In this document: positions 49,145-61,159 of the stretch, in pieces
Position numbering within the stretch: position 1 is the first letter of the stretch
Layout of the letters: each line of letters opens with the position of its first letter
Origin: Podarcis cretensis
Lineage: Eukaryota
DNA: 64,000 bases
Assembly: GCA_951804945.1 (NCBI GenBank)
Contig: OX638164.1
Coordinates: 12,338,001-12,402,000, forward strand
Direction of reading: 5' to 3'
Notes under the pieces: model-generated
What the model saw: the letters and a program-made list of their open reading frames with translations, nothing else
Database searches by the model: none
What the model was told of the DNA's origin: nothing
Made by a program: the position numbers and the translations under genes

Positions 49145-49245
49145 CTTTTCAGCCATGGCATCCATAAAATCTTGCCTCTGGTATTCTCGCCGGCGAAGGT
49201 GTCGGTAGACGTGGAATTCCCCACTGCCAGCCCCAGCACTGGAAC
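49145..49245 (-). CDS. PRKRIP1: PRKRIP1 exon 3 ([34 protein letters not shown])
   Basis: Signature [15 protein letters not shown]. 101 nt, AG/GT boundaries. Confidence 0.96.
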
Positions 49246-49374
49246 CTGCCAAGGAAGGGGTCACAGCTTATTGACAGAGCAGGTGCATTACAAGTGCAGG
49301 CCGCGACCCTGGCGCCTCCTAGGATCTCAGGTAGCAGGCGATGGGAAAGCTGCTGCCAGTCAGAGGAGACAATA

Positions 49375-49603
49375 CAGTGGTACCTTGGGTTACATACGCT
49401 TCAAGTTACAGACTCCTCTAACCCAGAAATAGTACCTAAGGTTAAGAACTTTGCTTCAGGATGAGAACAGAAATCGTGCTCCGGCGGCGCAGCAGCAGCA
49501 GCAGGAGGCCCCATTAGCTAAAGTGGTGCTTCAAGTTAAGAACAGTTTCAGGTTAAGAACGGACCTCCAGAACGAATTACGTACTTAACCCGAGATACCA
49601 CTG
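49375..49603 (-). mobile_element. Tc1/mariner MITE, family A (reverse orientation)
   Basis: Same TIRs and body, TA flanks. Confidence 0.88.
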
Positions 49604-51240
49604 TAGTTGGCTAGATGAACAAGGGCAGGCTTGACTCTATGAAAGGCAGCTTCACTAGTGGCTTGATCACATTTCATACAAGTAGGAAATTAGTCTGAGC
49701 CTGAAAAGAAATTCTCCTTTTCATATATGGGGGAAAAACCCAAATGTACACAGAAAGCTTGCTGGGAAACCAGCAGCCACACTAGGGACCTTGCTTTTGG
49801 GGACTCCTAGAAACCTTGTTCGCTCCATTTTCTCCTTGCCCTTCCTTTGGCTGGAATAGAGCAAATGCTATCACCGCTTTCCTCTTTGGTTTGTTGTGCT
49901 GATGATAGGAAGGCAAATATTAGTTGTCTAGATACAGGCTCGTAATGCTCCCTAGCACAGTGGGAAAGCTTATGATTTACCCGTGGGAATGGGATTGTGT
50001 ATAAACCATGCTATAAAGACAAAGCACAAATTTGCATGTTTATTCATTGCTGGACGTTGCAGTGCAGCTCAGTTTGCTTAGAAGGGTCTGCATGTGGTTA
50101 AAAACCTCCAAGCCGCCTCTCTCCCTTTGATCTCTGTGCTGACCTGTCACAGAATCTTTAGTTGTGATTCCTGTATTGCAGGGGTTGGACCAGATGGCCC
50201 TTGGGATCCCTTGCAACTCTACAATTCTGTGATTCTGTCCTTGGAAGTCAAAGCTGCATCCTCTTTCATTTCTGTCTCCCCTCTCAAACTTTCTCCGGAA
50301 CTCAAGTGGCAAGTTTATTTTGGAAGTATCTTCTGAGAACAAAGAGGCAAGCATGGCTTCTTTGTTTCACCAACTACTTAGTTAGCTAGGACAAAAGAAT
50401 TCTCTCTTAAAAATAATGAACGTCCCTTAATAAACTTAAGCTTTCTTATTTTATACTAAGTCTCATTCTGAGTGCCTTCCAATTAAAGGTGTGCTCCAAG
50501 TAAGGATTCATTTCACTAAAGGTAACTTCTGCTGTTACACACAAACTCTATATGCTAGCATAAATTATGCTGAATTGAACAAAATTTCCAAATGTTAGTA
50601 TTTTGCATATTTATTCTAGCTTTATTAGTCACAGTGAGGGTTAAGAAGCTATGATGGACACAGAGATCTTGGCTACAGGCACCTGAAAATTAATCCAGCA
50701 ACTCCTCTGGTTTCTTAGATCTCAACAGACCATTTTGAAGGATATCTTTTCAGCCATGCAGGCTAGAAACCTGCTTTTCGTCTAGAGTGAAGGCCAGGGT
50801 TCTCAGAAAGCAACACTCCTGTAGGATCATGACAGATACACAGAGCCCTGGCTACAGAAGACCCAGATTTGGAGCCCCATTTGTCTATGCTGCTTCTCAT
50901 CAGTGTAAACATTACTTTTTTAAGTGAGCACACATCTCAGAGCCTGAATCATTCACTCTTCTGATTCTCTGTGTTTATGGTCACAAACGTCACACATGAT
51001 TTCAAACCGTGGGGATTCAGAAGTGTGACTCATATCAATAATCACTCAAATGCCAGTGAAAAATAATTGGTAATATGGCAAGGGCAAGATGGCTGCAAGA
51101 ACACCCCCTCATCCCCTTCAAAGTTTCAAGCCCCTTATCTTATGACTACTCAATCCTCATCTATTTCCCTTCCCTATTAAGCACATTCCTCTAGAAGCAG
51201 AGTGCTTAAGCTAAGAAGCCACCTAAAAATAGCTACTTAC

Positions 51241-51319
51241 CCATAACATCTCTGACAAATTCTGGAGGCGGACGGGGCGCCCATTCATTGAGCTTTTCAG
51301 GAATTGGAACTGTCTTATC
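51241..51319 (-). CDS. PRKRIP1: PRKRIP1 exon 2 ([26 protein letters not shown])
   Basis: Conserved [14 protein letters not shown]. ttgcag acceptor, G|GTAAGT donor, 79 nt. Confidence 0.95.
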
Positions 51320-52480
51320 CTGCAACAAGAAATGAGCAATACTGTGACACTGTTTCTCTAGGAGGAGAGAGCAATTCTTCAAAGCTATTAGAGCACGGAT
51401 CTAAACAGAAGTGGGAACATTAAGGAAAACAGAACTGATCTTTTTGCCCGAGAATTTATTGGGCATTTGGCTGCAGACAATAAAGTGTCACACTAGCTAT
51501 ATCGTGGGTGATAAATCCTTTTGATCTGAGGGCTATAGTCACTCTTGGCCACCCTCTGGGGATCACATGCCAGGGTGGGTGTGGCCTTCACACACACATT
51601 TACACAAAGAACACACACATGTGTACATATAGGTCACACAGACCTCCCCACTCCTCAACTCATCTATCTACTCTTATTACCCCATGTATCAAATGATCGA
51701 TCTGATGACTGGGGAGGGGATGACTTGCATCTCCATCAGAGTGCTGGATTGGGAAGTTTGCACTTCTCTGCCTGCCCCAGTGTTGCAGCTTATCTATTCT
51801 TTTCTTTCTTCTCCTGCGGCCAGAAAAACCAGTCAAGTGTTGGCTCAAGCTCTCAGAATGGGGATTAACCACCCTAACCCATTTTCTGTATGTGTGAGAA
51901 TATAATGAAGTAACAGGTTTTCTTGTTGAATACAATCCCATGCTACGTACATACATATATGCATGGATGTGCACGCACACACATGCATACACACAGAGCA
52001 GCTCGGAGCAATGGACAGAATTGGTGAGATCTCTGCTGAATGTGCTTAGGAGTAGGGTCAGATAGCTGTCCCCACATATACAGATGTGCGTTCCCTCAAA
52101 GGACTTCAGAAGGGAACTGCAGGATTAAAGTTACTTATGAGTAAAAGCACTAGAATGAGATAGGAAGTGAAGAATAGGACACTAAGCTCTCCCCTGCCCT
52201 TCTCCACAAGCACTCACTGCAATAACCACACAAGTGGAATTTATGCATTTAATTGCATTTATGAATCTACACACACAAAGTGTTCAGGGCAACGCACATT
52301 TAAAAGCATGTTCTACGCAGGACTGCGTATTAAGCCTCATTAAGTGGAGACTCATGTCACCTCCAGAGGGTGGCGTGGGGGACTAGAACACATTGCATCA
52401 AAGCAAGTGTTATCCCACACTTTTCAATGCATCTTCCCGTCACTTTCTGTAGCAGTTAATTCCGATCTTTCACAGAAGTG

Positions 52481-52761
52481 CAGTGGTGCCTCACAAGGCG
52501 AAAATAATCCGTTCCGCGAGTCTCTTTGTCTAGCGGTTTTTTCGTCTTGCGAAGCATCCCTATTAGCGGCTTAGCGGCTATTAGCGGCTTAGAAAAAGGG
52601 GGGGGGGAAGGGGAAAAACTCGCAAGACTCGCAAGACGTTTTCGTCTTGCGAAGCAAGCCCATAGGGAAATTTGTCTTGCGAAGCGCCTCGAAAAACGGA
52701 AAACCCTTTTGTCTAGCGGGTTTTTCGTCTTGCGAGGCATTCATCTTGCGGGGCACCACTG
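52481..52761. mobile_element. Tc1/mariner MITE, family B
   Basis: TIR CAGTGGTGCC...GGCACCACTG followed by TA. Internal TCGTCTTGCGA repeats. Confidence 0.8.
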
Positions 52762-53055
52762 TAGTTTTGTTGTGCAAAAGCTTTACATCAGCTTTCTTTG
52801 TGCAGCCTGAGCTTGCCAGGATATGGCTGAATCCCACCTGAAAACACTGACAGCCTGGAAGCACCTTTACTTCAGAGTCAACATGCACTATGTTGTAAGA
52901 ATAAGTAACTTCTACTTGTTGGGCTGCCCACACTTTTAAAGATCTGCTTCAGAGGCTCTCCAAGTGTCCCGACTCCCTGGTAAGGTGGGTGGCCATGTGG
53001 GAGAGGCCCTTCTTTATGGTAGCCTCACAGCTATGGAATTTCCTTCCCTCAGATA

Positions 53056-53281
53056 TAGTGGTACCTCGGGTTATATACGCTTCAGGTTACAGACTCCACT
53101 AAACCAGAAATAGTGCTTCAGGTTAAGAACTTTGCTTCAGGTTGAGAACAGAAATCGGGCTCCGGCGGTGTGGCAGCAGCAGGAGGCCCCATTAGCTAAA
53201 GTGGTGCTTCAGGTTAAGAACAGTTTCAGGTTAAGTATGGACCTCCAGAACGAATTAAGTACTTAACCCGAGGTACCACTG
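53056..53281 (-). mobile_element. Tc1/mariner MITE, family A (reverse orientation)
   Basis: Same TIRs and body, TA flanks. Confidence 0.88.
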
Positions 53282-54645
53282 TATTTCCAAATTGCAGGCT
53301 TTTTGAAAAGGCCTATAATCTTCAATTGGCCTTTCAGGCATGATGTTTATTAGCTGAGAGATGGCCTGGGTGAATAAGTTTCTATCTGGCTCTGTTAAAA
53401 AGAAATTTATTGCTGAGTTGTAGTTTTAAAACTTTGCATTGCTGTTCCTTGTATCTTTTTGTTGTTTTTGATTGTACTTCAGTTTGAAAAGGCATCTGCA
53501 CAGAAAAGCAGCCATATATATATATATATATATATACATACATATTTTAATGGATGACCATTTAAATATATGCCTTTTCTTTTTATGCTGCCATAGAGGC
53601 ATCAATGGAGAGCTACCCTAGAGAGCTCTGTTCAGTCCTGCAGAGTAGGCAAGCACAAAGTAACAGGAGTCTGTTGGAGTGCTCTAGGCTGTAAGGTCTA
53701 TAGGCAGATGCCCACTCCCACCAAGTACAAAACCAATGAGATTCAAACTACACTTGTAATTTGCCTCAAAGACCTAAATAGGAGAAAGGCAACACATAAA
53801 TTTGTTCAATAAATGCATACATGCAAGCCAAGAAAGACAAAGGCGGAAGGAGACACTCACTGCCAAAGGGCCCGGTTAAACAGGATGGGATGAGGGCACC
53901 AACACCTTCAACTTCGTATCATATAAACCTACCCAGGTATTAAGCTTATCTGCAGATGGACACTCTCAGAGTATAGACTCATATTGTGTTGTGCCACCCG
54001 ATCTAAGAAACTCCCACCCTACTTGTTTCACTTTTGGGGCACCAGGCAAACTCTGTTCTATTCTCCCAGACCTCTAAAGTTCCCATTCCACCCTTCATTT
54101 TTGTTTTTGCCATCATTTTTGATGAGTGGTCTAGCATTACCTAATAATGCAAATGGATAATGGAAGGATAGGGATCAATAGGATTGTGTCAAAGGAACAT
54201 AAGGAGAGCCCTGCTGAATAAGACTAGAAGCCAAGAATCCTCTTTCCCCGCAGTGGCTAACAGAATACCCCTGGGACACCCATGATCACAGCATGAGCAC
54301 GATAGCACTTTTCTGCTGTTGTTCCCTAGCAACTGGTCTTCCGAGACACTCTGCCTTTCTTTCACGCTAGAGGTAGAATATAGCCATAATGCAGCCTTTA
54401 TCCTCCATCAGCTCCCCATTTCCTTTTAAAGCCTTCTAAGTTGGTGTCCACTGCCACGTCCTGTGACAGTGAGTTCCACAGATTCCATACTGTGTGAAGA
54501 AGTACTTCCTTTCGTCTGTCCTGAATCTACCACCAACCAGCTTCATCACATAAACTCAGGTTTCAGTATTATGAGAGGAGCAGGGCGCGCGTGTGTGGAA
54601 TTTCCCCCTTACGTGCACTTGATTCCCCTTGTGAGTAAGCAAATA

Positions 54646-54876
54646 CAGTGGTATCTCGGGTTAAGAACTTAATTCGTTCTGGAGGTTTGTTCTTAACCTG
54701 AAACTGTTCTTAACCTGAGGTACCACTTTAGGTAATGGGGCCTCCTGCTGCTGCCGCGCCGCCGGAGCACGATTTCTGTTCTTATCCTGTATTTTATTAC
54801 TGTATTTTTGGTTTTTATGGAAGCCGCCCAGAGTGGCTGGGAAGGCCCAGCCAGATGGGCGGGATATAAATAATAA

Positions 54877-54908
<32 letters not shown>

Positions 54909-54994
54909 CCTGAAGCAAAGTTCTTAACCCGAGGTACTATTTCTGGGTTAGCGGAGTCTGTAACCTGAAGCGTATGTAACCCAAGGTACCACTG
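54646..54994 (+). mobile_element. Tc1/mariner MITE, family A, with a nested L2-like 3' end (54790-54904)
   Basis: TIRs and TA flanks. The insert ends in (TTA)n and is flanked by TTATCCTG at 54782-54789 and 54905-54912. Confidence 0.88.
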
Positions 54995-55288
54995 TACTCC
55001 CTTCTTCATACAAGTTAACTAGGAATCGGGGGAGGGAAAAATATATTAGTGGGCAAGCCTGGTGAGAGCAGATCAGGACTGCCAAATATAAGAGAAAAGA
55101 GGAAATAAAAGGGGGGCCTCTACCTCTTCATTGAAGCTAACTGAGTAAGAGGGTAGTTATTGAGGGGAGAAATGGGGGGGGGGTTCCACCTCACCTATCC
55201 CCAACTGGAGGCCCTGGTGCCTACACTGCAGGGGTGGGAGCGGGGAGAAGTAGCCACGCCCACCAACACTTATGCCCCGCCCCCTCAC

Positions 55289-55405
55289 CGGATTCCTCAT
55301 GAGCCTCTCCAGCTTCAGACGCTGCTCGTCCGCTGCGCTCCGGGGGATGACCAGCGGCTGCGGTTCCTTGCGGGGCCGGGAGGGCCGCGTCGGCCCCGCC
55401 GCCAT
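55289..55405 (-). CDS. PRKRIP1: PRKRIP1 exon 1 (MAAGPTRPSRPRKEPQPLVIPRSAADEQRLKLERLMRNP)
   Basis: Matches the PRKRIP1 N-terminus. aggATGG Kozak, CCG|GTGAGG donor. The six exons total 555 nt (184 aa plus stop). Confidence 0.95.
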
Positions 55406-55720
55406 CCTGCCCCCCCTTTTGGTTTCCCCTCCGCCTTCTCCTGCGCAAAAGGCCGCGGCCCCGACCGATGACGTCACGGAGGGCGACGGTCATAGAGGCA
55501 TCTTGCGAAAGGGGCGGGGCGGGGCTCCCTTCCTTTCCTTGTCCCGCGCCTTCCCCTTCGCTCCGCCTCCTTTCCGGCAATATTCATGAGGTCTGTTACA
55601 TATTAATGAAGGCGCGAAAAACAGGCCAGAAACGGCGGTTGGTTTTTCTTTCGAAATGCGTGTTAGCGTCGCTTCTGAGGCGATGGGGGAGGGGGGAGTT
55701 CCCAGAATGCTTCGCGGTCT
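55406..55720 (-). promoter_or_regulatory. PRKRIP1 CpG-island promoter
   Basis: Full CRE TGACGTCA at 55469-55476, tandem GC boxes at 55511-55525, ETS-like TTCCGG at ~55572-55577, and E2F site TTTTCGCGCC (minus strand) at 55611-55620. Confidence 0.75.
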
Positions 55721-55970
55721 TGTTTGTTTTGTTTTTTGCATTCTGTTTTTCTTTATATGCCAAATTTAATTATCCTTCACACAACGTAAGGATTAGTTTT
55801 GTTTCTTTTATTCTCAGGGCTTGGCAGCTAGTGATTATTTTTAAAAAATAAAAAATGCACCACAGCATTAAGTTATACCAATGGTGTCACTGTTAGTTGC
55901 CAGCTGCTTCTAGGAACTTTATTGTTCAAACGTTAAAGCTTCATATTGCTGCACTGCAGAGGGTTGAGCC

Positions 55971-56580
55971 TGTGATAGGAATTTTATGGTCTTAGATATA
56001 TGGCAATGTTCATAACCGCACATACATAGATCAACACAGGAAGACCAACCTGGAACCATTTTGATTCCTAAAATGACCAAATCCTTTCTCTGCAAGCCTC
56101 CCCATTGTCTCTTTCCTCACAAATCCTGTCTCAAGGATATGCCTGTTTGAATAAGGTGTGAGCCTGTGACCTGGCCCAGGAAATAAGTATTTTACCACTA
56201 CAAAAGAATGGCCAGGCTCCTCAGGCAATCCAATCAAGTAACCTGCTAGACAGGAGAAAACAATATTAACAGGAGAAAAACAATATTAAAATTTCTGTGA
56301 TGTAGGTGGGATGTATCTGAGGGGTGGTCTTAGGTTACACCCCTTCTGTGATGCATGCATAATGTTTCTGGGGGTGGTCTTGATCTAGAGGATGGGAATT
56401 TCAAAAGTCTTTATAAACCCTTGCACAGCATTTTTGTGGGTCCTCTTCCTCTCCTGCGTGTGAGGGGAGCACCCTGTTGCAACAGATTAATAAAGATCAA
56501 GCTTACTAGCTGCTTTGCTTCTCAATATTCTCTGGTTGGCCTCTGTTATTTTCTCCTACCAATAGGGAACCTATGTAAGG
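55971..56580 (+). mobile_element. Solo LTR (ERV-like), copy B; 3' end approximate
   Basis: Starts TGTGATAGGAATTT. TATAAA at ~56412, AATAAA at ~56489. Shares CCCATTGTCT..ACAAATCCTGTC with the other copies. Confidence 0.65.
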
Positions 56581-58451
56581 ACAAGCCAGATGATCCTCAG
56601 GGTCCCTTCCAACCCTACAATTCCTATTCACGCTTTTGATGAACATATTGCCTGGCAACTTTAAAAAAATACCAGTTACCTATTGCACTTTTAAGTGGTG
56701 ACCTTGCACTCTATCATAGATATACTAGCACAGATTTTAGCTGGTTTTGATCTGCACTGCCAGCAGCAGCTTTCAGTGGAGTCTCTTCGCTTACATCAAC
56801 AGCCTAACCTTTATAACCTAGGGAAGCAGACCTTGTGGTGTGTGTGGTTTTTTTAAAGGAGGCTGAGTTAAGTGATATTTTAAATAGATTAATTCATGAT
56901 CTTTCCCTCCTGAACTACCCACCCAATCGACCACTTTATAGCCCTTGGCAGGGCTCTCAAACATCTACAGTACAAATGTCCATGTGGGTACAAAGCAGTT
57001 GAAAAATCCACCCTAAAGGCAACAAAATTTGCTGAAATCACAGCAAGATATGGCAACTACAACAGTACACAGCAACCACCTAGCCTACTAGTCCAAAAAA
57101 ACCGAACAAACCCTGGGGCAGGGGTATTTATCTGTAGCATTTAGATACCACATTTTTCTCCAAAGAGCTGAAGGTGGCATACATAGTTCATGGCGAAGTG
57201 GGATTTTGAGCCCTGGTCTCCTGTGTTTCCTAGTCCTACACACTAACTGCTATAGCCACACTGGATGAAATCTTAACTTTCTAAAAACCAGAATCGGGCC
57301 AATGCCGGGTGGCTTTGTAATAACAGAATTATTCTGCACAATACTGTTGCTGTAGATTAGACTTTAAGTGAATCCACCATACACACAATTTGGGCAGCAA
57401 TATCCTATTTTGAATTGAAAATATTGTATCGGGTTTCTTTTGGTTTAAAAATTATGTAGGAAATTATCTGGGAGAAGGAAACGATATGTGTGAAACATCG
57501 TGAGAATGATTGCTCTTTTTGCACTCAGGGTTAGCAAAATGAGCAATGCAACAGCCTCCAGGGGGCTCCACTTACAAATTGCTCCATGCAGGGCAAGCGA
57601 AACCCCTGGGGATATTAGCAGCAGATGGAGGAAGTCGTGCTTGGCCTGCCATGAGCGCAGCAGCAACCGCTGCTTCCTGGCAACTGAAAGATGCAACATG
57701 ATCTGCATGCAAACCAGGAAGTGGCAGAAGTGCCCATGGACCAGATAGTGATCAGGCCAGATGCTACATCCTCCACACAGCAGTCTGTGACGTTTTCACA
57801 GCTTTGGGGCGGAACCCATCAATTAAATGTTTTGACTCAGCCCTGTGAAATTGGAGGTTGAGGTCTATTCTCACATTGCCTTTTACTAATGTTTTGCATA
57901 GAGCGGCCACTTATGTGTCACCAAAAAAGACAGGGGGGAAAGATACCAGTTTGCATAATGTTTGCATTTGCTAATGCACACTAATAGGTGCAAAAAAATA
58001 ATAAATTTGGGGGGGGGGATACAATAAGTTAAGTAGAAGTACAATTATCTCAGCATTGTGATTCTTGATGGGTAACTTCTAGGCCCTTCGTCTCCCTTAT
58101 TGGGATTCTTTATCGTGAAACAGAAATTAGATGCTTTCAAACAGAGAACAGTCCTCTGTAAAACAGGATTTATGGACACCCTATTTGTGTAGACCTGTCC
58201 TTTTATTCCTTTTTGGTTCTTTACAAGAGTTACTATTTCATTGATAGCTTGCAAGCTGTTACTATTATAACATTTTTCTTCATGGGTTATTGCGATACCT
58301 GTAGTGGCGTTTTCATTATTCCTGAGGTGTATTAAGTGAGAGGCCCACTGTTGTCCGATGTTATTACCTGGCCACTCACAATGCAAGGAGCAAACTATAA
58401 AGATTGGGAGGAAGGTCATTCAGTGTGGCTTTATCTGGCCAAAATGGATTA

Positions 58452-58705
58452 GGACTCGAACCAATGGCTTCAAGTTACAAGAAAGGAGATTTTGACTATA
58501 CATATGGAAAAACCATCTGACAGTAAGAGCTGTTTGACAGTGGAATAGTCTCCCTCGGGAGTCTGTGGACTCTCCTTCCTTGGAGGTTTTAAAGCAGAGG
58601 TTGGATGGCCATCTGCCATGGATTATTTGGTTTGAGATGCCTGCTTTGCAGGGGGTTGGACTAGATGACCTTTAGGGTCCCTTTCAACTCTACGATTCTA
58701 CGATT
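58452..58705 (+). mobile_element. CR1 LINE 3' end
   Basis: TRTNGFKLQERRF-type ORF end, GGGTTGGACTAGATGACC and terminal ATTCTACG repeats. Confidence 0.85.
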
Positions 58706-59947
58706 AGGACCTGGGAGACAAAGGTTCAAATCCCTACTCTGTCACGAAGTTCACAGGGTAACATTGCACCAGTCATTGTTTCTCAGGGTTGTAGTGAGGA
58801 TAAAACGGGGCGAGGGAAAACTGTGCATGCCACTTTGAGCTCCTGGAAGGAAAGGTGGGATATAAATACAATGGTAAATAGAGTGTAAGTATTGGCAGGT
58901 GTACTTCAGTCACACATCACCAAATTCAGGCTACACAAAGTGGATTTGGTGCTCTTGCACAACAGACCTGCTTCCCTCCCAAAACTGAACCGTTTGCCAT
59001 GAGGATAGCGATGGGAAAATGTATTTGAAAGTATGAGATCACAAGTATGAGATCAGAAATAAATTTTAGAATGAATTCTGTATAAAGATTCTGTCCGCTC
59101 TCTGGTCAGAAATTATTGCATCCATGACTCAGTTGTCTAAAGATCTCACTGCCTTGTCTGTGTTTGAATGCATGGCTTATAATCACCAGTCTCATTTAGA
59201 TACCTATTTGGACATATAGACTGCCTATATTAAGCTATCTGTTTAAGTTAGGACTGATGGAACAGCCTCATGTCCAACTTCAGCTGGCAATGTTTTTTCT
59301 TTTCTGTTATGTTCACAAATAAGAAATAAAATAAATGCTCTATAGACAGTTGGCATCATCTAACCTCCCTGTAAACTTTGTGCAAACAAAATGAATGCTC
59401 ATTAATCAGGTTTTCTGGAAGAAACCTCAGAATGGAACATCTGTGCACTTTAGAATGTGCTCCAGAATCTTTTGCAGATAATACCCTGGGAATGGCAGAC
59501 AAGCTGATGTGCAAAGAGCTTGCAGAAAGCAAAAAGTCTGAACATGTGTGCAGTTACAGTCCCAGGAATGCACAAAGCACTGTTATGCCTGAGCTTGCCA
59601 TGTTCTTGCAAAGGGCCTCATTTCTTAACTAGTAGCTGCAATTGTAAGAAAGGAAAGATATATTGGGTGTGCAACCTCATGCGTCCAGGGCAATACCAAT
59701 TTTGTGTCCTAAAATTATGTAGATTAAATACATTTGCCTTACCTGTGCTTTAATTTATTTTGCTTTCATGGTTCAGGGTTTCGTAGTCCAGACATGATTT
59801 GGCAAGTCAAACCTCCAAAAATATTTGAAATTTTTGAATAGTTGGGAAATGAAACACCCCATATTTTCTGCCAAAAGTGATGCAAAAAGGTTAATGACAT
59901 GTTCTATATGGTAAAATGACTAGCAAATGTTAAAGCAATCATATTTT

Positions 59948-59966
59948 TGGCCATCAGATGGCACTA
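59948..59966 (+). promoter_or_regulatory. Candidate CTCF site TGGCCATCAGATGGCACTA
   Basis: Close to the CTCF core CCASYAGRKGGCRS. Motif match only. Confidence 0.45.
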
Positions 59967-60589
59967 GCACACGCTTTAAAATGATTGTTTAAAAGTATTT
60001 ATTAGGATGAACAGCTTTTAAAAAGAGATTCCCATATTTGCCTTTATTTTAGACCCATGGAACATGATGGCTGGCCATTTTTTCAAGCACCACAATGCTA
60101 GACTGAAAACCATCCTTTTCCAAAGGCAATACGCTTCTTTTAATCAGTATTAAAGTGTAAGAGATTGCTACTATATTCTCAGCATGGGGACGAAACAGAG
60201 GAACGCTTAGAAATTTAATCCCCACTGAAGTCTTTATGCGTCATGGCCACTCTTGTTAAGGGTCTGAATGTATGCAGTTTCTCAAACTGATCTTTAAATC
60301 TTGCCTGAAAGCAAGTAACATAATTGACTCTTTCCTTTCCTATCCTAGAATTGTTGCAAAAACAAATATATTTTGGTAAGACTGACACTCCTCTTGTCAA
60401 AATCCTCCATATATGTGCTCCTCTCCCTGTATGAACCAACCCAGACCCTGCACTTGTCATCTGAGGCCTTCCTCTATGTCCCCCATCCCAGAGAGGTTCA
60501 GAGAATGGCAACAAGAGAATAGGCCTTTTCTGGGGTGGCTTCCCAATTGTGGAATGCTCTCTTCAAAGAGGCTCATCTGGTGCCATCAA

Positions 60590-61159
60590 CATATATAAGC
60601 TATGTGTCTGAAATAGTACAGGAGAGCAATCCTGAAGCCATTTTGACCCTCCCAATGACCTCAAATATTCCTCTGCAGTAAGGAAGGTAAATGGGGAAAG
60701 CCTTCCCATTGTCTTTTCACTTACAAATCCTGTCTTAAGGGTGTGTTTGTGTATGAATAGGGAGAGCCTGTGGCCTGGATTCAGGAACTAAAGTATTAAC
60801 CATCACAAAAGAATGGCCAGACTGCCCAGGTAAATGCAATCAGAGACCATTATCAAGTATCCTGGCAAACAGGATTTCTGCTGTAGACAGCCTCCTGTGA
60901 TGTACGTATGATAGGGGGGGTGGTCTTTGGCTAAGGGGGTTGGGCAATGTCAAAAGTCTTTAAAGGTTCCTGCACACTTTTGTTCAATGTCTCTCCCTCC
61001 TTCGAAGAAACTTGTGTTGCAACAGAAAAATTAATATCTGCCTTGCATTCCACTGGATCCTGCCTCCATCCATTTTTCTCTGACTGATCATGGACTTAGG
61101 GGACTCAAGAGTCCGATGGGGAGTTGGGCAGCCCAAGCCCAAGCCCAATTTTTACATCA
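60590..61159 (+). mobile_element. Solo LTR (ERV-like), copy C, more diverged; boundaries approximate
   Basis: Shares ACAAATCCTGTCTTAAGGG and GAGCCTGTG.CCTGG blocks. Ends ...ACATCA. Confidence 0.55.
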
